A stretch of DNA of 63,235 nt, counting the filler, from Choristocarpus tenellus KU-1152 (taxonomy: Eukaryota > Protista > Phaeophyceae), in the NCBI GenBank assembly GCA_964200185.2. It is 14 parts of 14 records of this genome, joined end to end, with 100 filler letters (N's around TTAATTAATTAA, not from the genome) between each part and the next. Parts side by side here need not be neighbours in the genome. Positions count along the whole stretch, not along the records: positions 51,331 to 54,486 come from CAXNAD020021900.1; positions 54,587 to 58,201 come from CAXNAD020018948.1; positions 58,302 to 63,235 come from CAXNAD020012475.1; 11 more parts are not named here. The stretch is one strand, 5' to 3'. Below are positions 51,651-63,235 of the stretch, piece by piece. The translations under genes were made by a program, and so were the position numbers. Positions within the stretch are counted from its first letter, which is position 1; the number at the start of each line of letters is the position of its first letter. The notes beneath the pieces are model-generated. The model saw only the letters and a list, made by a program, of their open reading frames with translations. It was not told the origin of the DNA and ran no database searches.

Positions 51651-54600
51651 ATGCCAGTCATGTCAAAGACGCAATACCTCTCACACTCACACTCAACTGC
51701 CTCCTGGACATACGCCTTGCACCATGTATACTCTCACATATCATTTAAGGATACTTGCTTCTGATTGTATTCAGTGCCATGCCTGGTGTAGAGAAGTATA
51801 TATCTTGAGGATGTTTGACTTCATTTGCATCCTACCCTTGGTAACTGATGGTGATGTCACTCTAGGACTGTCGATTAATATCTCAGTTGATAGAAACCTT
51901 TGATTTAGCCAAAAGATCTTCAACACAATTATGTATTACATTCGATTGGATCATCATTTTATCATTCATCACAATCAACCTCTACTCTCTACAACTCAGA
52001 AGAACATAGTCAAGTTCAGTGGTGACACTGGTTCTTTCAACAAACTACTTGAAGGATGACAACCAGATTTGAAAACCACACATCACCTGTCATTTAGTGC
52101 ATCATGTTACCACAATTTCAACTCAATGGCTTGTTTCAAACACTGCAAGCCTATAATATAAATAACCCTAACAAAAAAAAAATCCAATACAAAACGACCA
52201 CACTGAAGTATATTTCAACAGACACCCTGGGATTTCTCACATTGTTCCACCATGCTGCATTTTACACGATATCAATCATCCTCACCCCCTCACTCCATAA
52301 ACATTGTGGTTTCATAACAGGGGAGGGGTCAACCCAACCACGAAAGCGTTTGTTGAAAGGTCTGACTCAGGCATGTGCTACCCAAGGATTGAAGCGTTCA
52401 ATTGAAAGTAGAAGCGATTTCTGTCATTGAACCGTGTTAGAAACAAACCAGTCTATTCACTTTTTTTTTTTCCGAGGTATCGATTATTATTATTATTTGT
52501 AAGCGTAATTTTTTCAACATTGGAACCAGCTGCCACCACTGCAACCCCAATCAAGCGGAGGAAGCACAATAAGACAAAGGAGGAAAAACGACAAAGCCAC
52601 TGGGGAAGAGTCCTTCCCAGTGCTTGATGGAGACTGGTGATATCAAATGTTCGTCTCAGGTATACTATTCTAGAACCTTGAGGAGGGAGCACTGTTGTCC
52701 AGATGCTGACAAAAGCAACTCTCTATATAATGATTACTTACTCAGGAGTAAAAACATCATAATTCTACAACAAATAGTACAATGCCCCAACCGAAGTTAT
52801 TGCGTGTAATGTTCCACATGAGGTCAATACACAGCTACGGAATCAACTACTACATCGACGAGCAACAGACTACCGTATCTCTCTCTCCTTACAGTGCAAC
52901 CAAGCCTATTTTACCACAGTAAACAATACTCATTTCCAAATACAAACCCAATCCCATGCCTCCTCTCTCCAGGCCACCCCCCTTTCTCCTCCAAGAGAAT
53001 GGACTCCACATAGCACAAAATAATCACTCGTTCATACATCTGTTGGACAGTCACTTGGGGCCTTCTCATGTGTGCTATTGCAAGTCAGGGGCGGTAGGAG
53101 AGGATCGCACAGTGTACCAAGTAGTACTCACTGTGTACCCATTGCTGTACTGACAAATTATTATCTCTCTCAATTATACACAATTCAAACAGAAATGCAA
53201 ACACGCACCTTGCACCGTGGTTGAAACGGAATCCAAGATGCGAAATTGCAAGAAACGGTTGAGACTTGTTACTTCCACAGTGAATATTTCCATCAACCAA
53301 GAAGTTATAATTCGATAAAAATAAAAATAGCAGCAGTGGAGATGCAACGCCAGTGAGAGGGACAATGCTCCTCCCCACTCCAACAAAAACTCGGTTGCCG
53401 TCTTGACCAGACGACATCAACTTCCCCCCTCCCCAATCCCAACCGATGACCCCCAAGCCACCCCCACTCACCACAACAACAGGGACACATCAAAGGATTA
53501 TTAAAAAAGAGCCGGTGTGCAAACCAAGCGAATGTAGTAAAAACAAAAACAACAAAAACACACAGACACACAAGATTCCTTCACCTGGTGAGAGGGGGGG
53601 GTACCTCAGCAAAAAAGATGAGAGGCAGCACGCTTAAAAAAAAAAAAATAGAAAGGAAAATGTCATCAGCCGCCTCGGCAAGAACCGATCTCTGCATACA
53701 AATGAGTACCCCCCCACCAACAGTTAGGACACACCAATGTCATCAACAACCTGGAATCTCCGAGATGACAATCACATTACTCCACCAACACACACAAAAA
53801 AAAGAAAAAGAGGGGGGGTTCCCACAAATTGACATTGTAATTAATCACTGAAGGAATGTGCTGTTCCGAAATAAGGCGACCAAAAAACTAGAAAGCCATA
53901 CATACCCGAAAAATAAAATAAAAATAGTACTGTGACAACCCCCCCACCAATAGTATACGCTGCCATCGACAGACACTACAGCCTTTGCGATGGGGGGCAT
54001 GTATCGAGAGCATCAATAAGGTTCACCCCTTGTTCACAACGGTTAGGACAAAAAAGTATTAAAAAAACAACTTACAACTCGTAAAGATATCGACTGGAAA
54101 ACATAAAAAAAACGTGTTCCGTGTTCCGGTCCTTGGCCAAGGGTCTTCCTCGCCTCAGCTGGAAGAGTTAACCCCGAAGCAGGGTGTAGGGTGTAGGGTG
54201 CGAGGGAGGGGGATTGAGGGGGAACGGAAGGGAAGGAGGAGAGGTGACTGGCAGCTCTCAGTGAGTCCATTTTTTCGGATGTTTTTATTTAAAAATAAAA
54301 TAAAATGAATGAACTCCTCTATGATACGTTAAATCCTACTGTATACAACTTCCTTACTTTATTTAGTTTATTATTATTACCTCCTTTTGTCTTGAATAAA
54401 ATTCTTTGCAACAAACAACTCAAATGCCACGTCATGTTCACATAATCGTAATTGTGCTTACTGGAAATTCGACAGGGGAACACCCCNNNNNNNNNNNNNN
54501 NNNNNNNNNNNNNNNNNNNNNNNNNNNNNNTTAATTAATTAANNNNNNNNNNNNNNNNNNNNNNNNNNNNNNNNNNNNNNNNNNNNAACGGGCAACCCGT

Positions 54601-55166
54601 TTCCCCTTCCCCTGGTTCCCGCCCGAACTGCCACCCTGGTGTGTGCCCCCCCCCCCCCCCCCATTTACTTTGAGTCGTTAAGGGAAAGAGGATATGAGCC
54701 AAATCAATTGAAAGGTTGGCAGGTCTGGACCCTTTTGCATTCTAAATAATCTTTCTTACCCCATGCAATACACTCTATTTTTTAATGCGTTATTGTGTGT
54801 AACATTGTGCTCAAAATCGATATTCCCCTGCAGTTCATTGCAGTTCAGGATAGGCTATTTCTGCACTTGTACAGATTGAGATATTTTTGCCCATTCTTGG
54901 AATCCTTGAAATGCAACCCTAACCCTAACCTCTCAGTTGGTTTGGCTCTATATGTAGTGGAAAGATGGGTACCTCGAACACATAAAAACTACTTCAGGAT
55001 GGGGCAATCATAGTGCAGAGCGGTGGTGTGGGACTCACAACCCATAGAGCCTCCAGGGTTAGACATGGTGTAAGCTATTCATTCGCACTGAATGTGACAG
55101 TAGAGCTAACAGAGTTAGACACACCGTAACCCATTCAGCCATGCACTGAACGTGCTTCTGAGTAAT

Positions 55167-55348
55167 GGCTCAAAGTATCTGGGGAGGGGGAGTGGCGGCT
55201 GTCCATTTGGGGCCAATTTTTTCATGTCGTGATTTTTGGGTGATATTATTCCATACGTCGGATGGATAATGAAAGTGCACTTTTCCTGGTTATGGCCCAA
55301 ATGGACACCCTGGTGTAGACCCCCCCCCCCCCAAGATAACTTTGGGTC
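55167..55348 (+). mobile_element. Complete MITE, TSD AAT
   Basis: aat|GGCTCAAAGTATCT...GATAACTTTGGGTC|aat. Confidence 0.88.
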
Positions 55349-55604
55349 AATAGTACATAGCACTATATATTTTCGTAGTGGTCAGAAGTAGCAAGTCATA
55401 ATGTCTGTGTTGTTTTTTCGCGCCAGGAATATTTTCATTGCCAGCTTACTTCCTAAACCTACGATCCTATAGTACTTAATCTTCCTTTATCAGATCTCTA
55501 TCTCTCTCTCTCTCTCTCTCGCTCCTCGCCGCGACTTTCACCCCCTTCAAACAAAGCTTAATTTAGTAGCGCCGCATACGCTTGCAAATAAAGATACTGT
55601 CAAC

Positions 55605-55613
55605 ATGGTTCAG
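55605..55613 (+). CDS. Candidate 9-nt first coding exon (MVQ) of an unidentified gene
   Basis: CAAC ATG GTT CAG|GTACG with good start context, downstream of a (CT)n tract and a CpG-rich patch; next exon not found. Confidence 0.3.
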
Positions 55614-56995
55614 GTACGTTTCTTACATGTTCAAGCAATGAAGAGCTTTTTGTGAGCAAGAATATGTACGCATACTTTATTGCCATATGATTATTAATGT
55701 TCTTGAATATTCTATGCTATATACTTCGAAGTCTACTTCCTATATGTGTACTTGTATTATTACCATTCTTTGTATTCTGGACTATTCCATTATATATGTG
55801 TAGTAGCATGTATCATGATTCTTTGTATTCTGAAGTTATCTATCTTTATTTTTGTGTATACTAATATATATTCTCATTCTCAGAACTCTTTTTACCTTTT
55901 AGTAATACATTCTACATTGCATAACATAACTGTACATTTTTTGCTTCTACCAACAATTGTGCTATGAACAGAAATGTGATCACACCAAAGCAAAAAGCGC
56001 TTTCCCTTCAATGCTGCCCTCACCGTGCTTACTTGCAAAATACAGAGCCTGTCCCCTGCAAACACACACACCTCACCTCCCTTACCCTTCAAACGTCCAT
56101 CACTCTTCCCAAATGATACCGTACATACACATATACATATATTTATGTAAAATTATCTAAACGCTTTGAAGGGTATTGTTTCGGTTCATCATGCATACAT
56201 AGACAACCAAACAACCTCCAAAAATAAAAACATTCAATAGACGAGATAAATCAAGAATGCGGGCCAATCCAACTCTATTTTAACCTCCACCAACCAACAC
56301 CATCCCTAAATAACAAACCCCCTTTAAAAAACCGTCCCATCCAAACAGGCGAGCAATGCCAAAATTCAACGCCGACAACGATGAAGACTTCAACCTCCGA
56401 GCGTACTCCCCCCTGACGTGCAGTGAGTACCAGCTCAACCTCACTCCAAAGGCCATACTCCCTTGTATTGGAAGAAGCCGCATAGGTGAGAGAGAGAGAG
56501 AGAGAGTCAAAGTAACCGAGAGGTACCCAGAGTTGCATTTTAAGGATGCTGTCAAATTTTATGCAAATTCGACTTTTAATACAAATATGTATAGGTTGTT
56601 TTTGTATTTTATTGAAAAGTTTTCGAACAATAGAGAAATCAACGTTCTCAAGTCAAACTTATACACCTTCATCCATAGAAATATGTGTCAACTCCAAAAG
56701 GTTAGAAGAGTGACTTAAAATACAAAACGCCCAAAACCTTGGTACCCTCTTGCTTCCTTTGACTCTGATCAATTTTCATCCTAAAGTAGTATGCATGTAT
56801 GTGTTGGGTACCATACATATATTTTTATATGTGAAGGGGCTGACGCCATCCCAAGTTGTTGGAAGTCCCCTCTAAGGGATTTCCTGAGCTCGATGACTGT
56901 GGACATGGATGCAGTTATCGGTAAAAGAGGAGGAGATCAAGGTGTTTTTGAGACAGCTTTTTAAAATTTACCTATGTTTTTGTGCATACCAGCAG

Positions 56996-57068
56996 GTAGG
57001 GTTAGGGTTTGGATTGGGGTTGGGGTTAGGGGTAAGGTTAGAGTTCGGATTAGGGTTAGGGTTAGGGT
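56996..57068 (+). repeat. Degenerate interstitial telomere-like (TTAGGG)n, ~12 units
   Basis: Direct reading. Confidence 0.8.
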
Positions 57069-57966
57069 AATACTAACCTGAGATCCTAATCGCTTACCCT
57101 ATGATATACTGTACTTAAAGTTAAGGTTAGGAATATATCGCATTTCGCAAGCAGTATGTACAAAAAGACTTGGCTTCCACGGCCCTCTGGGGTATTTAAA
57201 TTCAATATTGTGCATTGTGTACCTCTGTTGTGGACACCAGTCACTCACATCTGTGGATCCATCTATTTTATGTCTGTATCTCTTGAGAAATGGGGGGCAA
57301 TTGAGTCCCCCTACGAGAGAGGGGTCACATGAGATCCAGCGCACTTAAGAGGGTAGGGCCACATCCGTTTAGGGTCATGAATCCAATGTTGCGATTTTGA
57401 TGTAATTTTGGCTATCGTGGTTGTTTGCGAGTGTCAATACCCTTGCTCCGGACACACCTTTCATAGTCATATACACTTTACCTACTCCGAAATGTTTCGG
57501 ATTATGTAACTGTGTTCACACAAAAAAAACGAAAAAAGGGCATAAAAAAACCCATGTGAAGCCAAGCCCCGAGCAGACAAACAGGTGTAAACCCCCACCC
57601 TCTTGAATGCTTTGGATCTGAATTGATTGACAGAGAGTGTACAACAACCTCGTTCCATGGGTTGGGGTGAGGGAGGAGGGGCGGGGATAAGGAATGCTAC
57701 TACCAAGTAGCATCAAATTTACAAGTTGTCACCTTGCACTTGCTGCTCTATTATATTTTTTGTCAGATGGCATTATCTTTTTTAAGGGTCTGATAATCAT
57801 GCCTGCAGATATTGAGGAGTAGATAAACAACACTGTTAAATTTAGAAACAATTGTGATTCGGGGGGGGAGGGAATGTCATAAAGTCATTCTTTATTTCCT
57901 CAATAGAATCGCCTTTAGAGTTAGGGTTAGGTCTGCATTGAGTTGGTAGAAAGTGCTTGATCTGCA

Positions 57967-58141
57967 GGCTGAAAGTATCTGGGGGGGTTGACAGCTGTTC
58001 ATTCGGGGCCCATTTTTCCATGATGCCATTTTTGGGCGAATTTCGTTGCATGCATCGGATGGGTAATGTAAGTCCACTTACCTCGTCAGGGTCGAAATGG
58101 ACACCCTGGTGTAACCCCCCCCCCCCCAGATAGTTTGAGCC
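57967..58141 (+). mobile_element. Complete, diverged MITE copy (flanks GCA/TCA)
   Basis: gca|GGCTGAAAGTATCT...AGATAGTTTGAGCC|tca. Confidence 0.82.
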
Positions 58142-60206
58142 TCAATCTTCCCAACCTGCACCCAACCTCATTGTTCTTGCTAAGAAAATGGTCATTGATC
58201 ANNNNNNNNNNNNNNNNNNNNNNNNNNNNNNNNNNNNNNNNNNNNTTAATTAATTAANNNNNNNNNNNNNNNNNNNNNNNNNNNNNNNNNNNNNNNNNNN
58301 NCCCCCTGACACATGTGCAAAATGTCAGAGGGCATAATAATAAAATTAAAGTTATATATATGTCGGTATTAGCCCTAAAGAATATATTCCATATTTACTT
58401 TACAGATCAGAACCCAAATTCGCCCACTAGGAATTTCGTAGAGTTGTCCTTTGGGAAACGAAATGGTGAACGGTCGAATTAAACCAGAACGGATTATTGA
58501 TGATCTCACAAACGAATTATCCAATCGAAAGGACGGATATGCATTTATTTCAGCCAATCAAAAGGATGTAAAAGCTGCAATATATAAGGAGAAGACTCAC
58601 ACTGGTTTGGGTAGATGGTAGATGTGCTTGCTGGGTTTATTTGCTTGTCAAACCCTTCCGCTGCCTCAGCCGAGACCCCAATCATCAGGAAGAAAATGGG
58701 ACTATATTGCCACAACAGGACTTCCATGCACGAAGAGGTATCAAGCCAAGCTTCACTTTTGTCAACCGTGTACTGGCAGCCCTTGCACCGATGCTTCAAT
58801 CCATTTTAACCCTGAACTCCTCGCCCACTGTCTGTGCAGCCTTGAATACCGAACCGTCCTCCGTTCCCAGCAAACACCGTACCTCTTTTGTTCCCACAAA
58901 GCAGGGCATCAAAACCCGTTCGACCAGTCACATCCGTTCCCCAGTCTGTGCTTTGATCCCCACTTGCTCTAGCCACAGACAGGGCAAGCGGTAGAAGTCG
59001 GCACGGTCCATCTGCCTCCCAGGACTAAGTTGATATATGGCTAAAGGCTGACCTAGTTTGTTTTCATCATGCTTATGGTCAAGACTGCTTCACGTCCATA
59101 TCTGACGAGTACAGGTATACATAAGACTCATTCGTCCCCAGGGAAACCCTCTCAGACCTTTTGGGAACCTACCGAGGACCTCCTGGTACTCAATCCACTG
59201 CAGAGTCGCGTAAGATGGTAGCCTTAAGAGATACCCATCTCCGATACCTAGCAGCGAAGCAAGACTCGAAACTCCCTCCACTACTCACGAGAAGCCCAAC
59301 CGATTCGGACGCTGCAGAGCCGTCTTGAAGTTGCGCGGTGGTGTCTGAGTTTCCAGGGATCCATTTTTCGTAGATAGTGCTGCTGATACACTATAGACAC
59401 CACTGGTGGATTATGTGATAGGGTAGAGAGCCAGTGACAGATATAGTGTTGATTGGTTGTATCATGTTCAAGATACACTTCCTATACTTAGGATAAGTAA
59501 ACAAGTAATTCATAGTAAATTAGTGTGGACGATTACAAACCCCACACTATAGAGGAATGATGGTAGTTCAGGCTAGAGTCTCACCCACGAGTTCAGTCAG
59601 CGGAATCGAGACCACAAAGGCCCTTGTATTACTAACATTGTTAATCTATATCAAGCTGTTCTTTGTCCTTCAATAAAGCACCATAAAAGCCGCGGGTCCA
59701 GAGTGGGATAGTTCAACATCCATATATCATTCCAACTATAGAGATTAAGACTTTCATTCCCACCTCGACAATATTCACCATGACACCTGCCATTGTATTA
59801 CTCAAGTATCGACATATGCCCTGCTATGTCACCCATGCAGAGTCCACTCGAGAATGCCTGTCCAGGTACTCCTTGACACAGGTGCAGGAGGGGGAAAGTA
59901 CGTCCCATCTATTTTTGTGGAAATTACTTACCACAGCTCAACATGGCAGGCAAATGTACCTTACATGCAGCAAACCCAGAGGTAATTTCTTGTGCATGTA
60001 TACGAGTATGTCCTCGTATAGTTCGCGATACAAAGGAACTTTCGCAACATACGCGTGCTGATTATCAGGATAATTGATCTAAATATAGTGAGCTATTTAA
60101 ATGCAATTTTTTGGAGTTGAATTACAATTGGTATTAGGAAATTACTTGACAAACATCTTTCAACACTATGTTGCGTTCTTAGAGTAGGAACAAAAGCATT
60201 CGTAAT

Positions 60207-60288
60207 GTGAATCTTGTTATTCTGTAGCGGTATGGTTCACTCTGGGAAGGGTGGTGAATAGAATCACCGGGCAAGACAGACCAGCCCA
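60207..60288 (-). repeat. Dispersed ~70-nt hairpin-forming repeat, diverged copy 3 (inverted)
   Basis: ATTCTGTAGCGGTATGGTTCACTCTGGGAAGGGTGGTGAATAGAATCACCGGGCAAGAC matches the reverse complement of 29045-29108. Confidence 0.7.
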
Positions 60289-61712
60289 TTTAAAAAAAGA
60301 ACTGTAGATGATGGCCAAACTGATCATATTCAGTGTACCGCACATAGACTCCAGAGAATGAGACATAGCAGGCATAAAGAAAAGATAGCAGGGAGCTTGT
60401 AGATAGAAAAAATTGCACATTTGGGGAATTTATTACAATCTCTTACAATTTCAAAAACACAGTAACATTGTTGATCCGGGGGTTAGGTTGTAGTTGTGGC
60501 ACTCCTTGCCTGACAATAGCATGATCTAAAAAAAAAAAGAAGCCTGCATTGATTTGTAACCTCACTACTGATTCCCAGGTGGTTCTTCATGTCCAATCCA
60601 CCCAAAATACATGCCTTCTACGAGACAATAATGTCCCTAGGAGTTTGAGGAGGTGCCTGTACAAGTCTTAAAAAAAACACAACTGCATGTATCCAATCAA
60701 ATCATATCAAAGTTCATCTTCCTCACCCAAATCGTCCTCATTATACTCCCATGGATGGTATCAGAAGATAATTTGTTGGCAATCAAATTTGTTCCCGCCA
60801 GTCGGAATTTCAGTAATACCCATTATCCCTTGGTGTTGTGCTACCCTATATTACCGTTTTTTCGTTCTTTCAGTGTAGGGACCTCCCCGAAAACGACCTG
60901 TGTGAACAGGCACTGCCAACGGGGACAATTTATGCTCAAGTTGGATCTCGTCCTCTATCTTCCGTGTATACTCTTCCTCCTGCACAATTTTCCAAGTCAA
61001 ACCTGGTTTCGTTGTACGTGTCAGCGTCATCCACCTCAAGGAATTAGGTGGTTTCTTCATTTTTCACCTGATACCTTAAAGGACCAACGACTTCTCCTGC
61101 TGCTCCTGTGCCCTCCTCTCTTCAATCATTATCACTACCATCACTGTCACCTTTGCTTTCATCATTTTCACAACTTCCGAGACTAACCTTGTACATGTCA
61201 ACCACACAATTCATCCTACAATTGTGCTGTTGCTTGGTGAAAGCCTTGAGTGTGTCCCCATGCTCTTGACATTGATATTTCAGAAAATTGGCAGGTCTTC
61301 GCCTATCGCTTCTTGATGGGGGATTTGTAATCATACTCCCAGAAGAGGACCAAAGTCATGCACTGCTGAGGGAAGGTCATGGGCCAAGTTGGTTCATGAT
61401 AGGACTAAGGAGAATCGATCTAGAGGAAGAGGCGGCCAAGGCAGCTCAAGAGATTGAGGAGGGTCCATGATTCAGGATCTCTTGCCTGGCAGGGCTAGGG
61501 GTGAGGTAGGGCATGACATTTCATTCTTGGATAAGGCACGAGGGGCATGGTTGGTGATGCTTATTTAAGGTCTTCCTCCCCCTTCCCCCTACCTCTGGAC
61601 ACAGCATGGAGACGTCTGACGTTTGACACAGACCCTGTCCGCCTCCTCAAAAGGAGGGCCTTTTCCAGGATTTAATTCTGTCGTTCAAGTCGGTCAGTTC
61701 CATTCTTGTTCA

Positions 61713-62723
61713 CTACTTGATGTGATTATCTTTCCTCAAAGTTGACTCCATGGCGTCCATGCCCTTACTAACTTCCTCCTGCGGCAGCTCTGTCATTGCA
61801 CTTGGTCCTGTAGCAGCTCTTACAACTGCTTTGTGCCCCAACCCACCTCCAAGCCTGCCTCCTGCCTCAAATTCTACCATAGCTTTCATGTTCTCAACAC
61901 CCACCCTTGGCAGGCCGCCTTTTGCTATCGCAAGTGCACTCTCCTCCAGCAGTTGTCTACGTTTGGCATTTGCCTTGGTCTTGAGCTCCTTAACATATCC
62001 AGGAGCGGTTGCAAACAGCTGTGTTTCATATGCCAATGTGTTTGCCAGGAGGGATAACAGGAAGGAGAGGAGTGTAAGTGTTGGCAGAGTTCATTCCACT
62101 GATATGACAAGCTGTGGAACTCTTCCAACACTTTGCTGGAGCAGGAGTGTTCCATCTCGAAATTACCACCCGTTAGTAAGTTCTTGATCTACCAGCTGAA
62201 TAACCAAAAATGTATCCATATGATTTACTTTTTCCATACTATCATCTACTAGACCCTGCTCTTCATCCCTCTATCGCCTACACAAAATACCAATTTCATA
62301 GATAGAACAAAGGATCCCTATGATGCACTGAATGCTCTAAATTTTTTAAGACCACCCCATGCAGTTCCATTCCACTGAACATTTCCAGCAAATGTCATAC
62401 ACAGGTAACACATACATGCAGGCACACACACACCAGCAGAATACAAGCAACACATACTTTCAAGGAATAATTAAGAAGGGCGACTGAGAAGCAAACTTAA
62501 TCTACCCCCCCCCAATAAGCCATGACAAAATACTTGCCAAGAGGGCACGCACCCTTTGGATGGTCTCCACCATGGCAGCAATTGAGTTGTGATGCCTAAC
62601 ATGTTGCCGAACCCACTTCGGGAGCAATATGAGACGAGACCCGCACCCTCCCGAACTATGCCTTGAGTCCATGAGTAAGATCACACCGTAATCGTACATG
62701 TGCCTTATGCACCTGCCAAGTGC
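61713..62723 (-). CDS. XPD/FANCJ/RTEL1-family DNA helicase, C-terminal exons (5' partial; possibly pseudogene)
   Basis: Exon 62723-62553: ALGRCIRHMYDYGVILLMDSR..LPKWVR (helicase motif VI), spliced in phase 0 to the exon starting at 62018 (LFATAPGYVKE..), with TAG at 61715-61713. Confidence 0.75.
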
Positions 62724-63163
62724 CTTTGTGCCCGGATTGTTGGAAGCATGGTGATTATTTATAGTGTTAATGTGTGCATGAGCATGATAGTGATATTTTG
62801 GGGGAATGATGTAAAAAAAAAATTCTCGCACTGCTAAATGAAATTGGTAGGTCCAACACACATTTGACATTGAATTAGAAGAGAGTGAAGTACAGTGGAC
62901 TTGTTATGGAGAAGGGAGTAGCTAGATCAACATCTAGCTCTCCAGATGGATACATGATAGACCAAGGACAGCTGGAGACCCTGAACTCTAACCCTAATAT
63001 CAACTCCAAATATACCAGTCACAATCCTAGATACGATAAGTGCCAGTCGTGAAGGTGAAATTACGAGAATTGCCAAATCTGTCCATTTCCTGCACAAAGG
63101 TCACATCATTTCCAACAACCGACATATCAGCATGTCGTTCAAAGGGTAAACTACCTTAATATT

Positions 63164-63235
63164 GGCCCAAAGTATCTGGGGGAGGGGGGGGGGGGGGGGG
63201 GGTGTGGGAGGGGGCGGTGGCTTGCGGCAAACTGT
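63164..63235 (+). mobile_element. MITE left TIR at window end
   Basis: GGCCCAAAGTATCTGGGGG followed by a G-run. Confidence 0.6.

Noticed and set aside
52300-54300. Possible small minus-strand exons
   Set aside because: Splice-like signals are present but no consistent frame or recognisable protein was found.

Overview
Eukaryotic, intron-rich genomic DNA, most plausibly a stramenopile alga (brown-alga-like; inferred from TTAGGG motifs, the tyrosinase-like family and exon style). It is not one locus: 14 short contigs are joined by 13 artificial 100-nt linkers (N44-TTAATTAATTAA-N44), so adjacency across linkers means nothing. Manual splicing recovers genes the ORF track misses or fragments: a CANT1-type apyrase, an MRG15/Eaf3-type chromo-barrel gene head-to-head with an unknown gene, a TBC1D5-like RabGAP head-to-head with a VPS9 RabGEF, a tyrosinase-like protein, an ASH2L/Bre2-type SPRY protein, a DUF547 protein, the 3' part of an XPD/FANCJ-family helicase and tRNA-Leu(AAG). 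The most unusual items are: (i) an intron-rich DUF7869-like transposase-related gene and a PHD-finger gene, both broken only by stops explicable as CAR->TAR; (ii) a high-copy ~180-bp Harbinger/Tourist-like MITE with 3-bp TSDs; (iii) four apparent GC-AG introns; (iv) an intron whose donor is amplified into ten in-frame tandem 5' splice sites; (v) a ~70-nt hairpin repeat in three contigs. No prokaryotic defence-type system or CRISPR array is supported. All family calls come from motif recognition by eye, not database searches.
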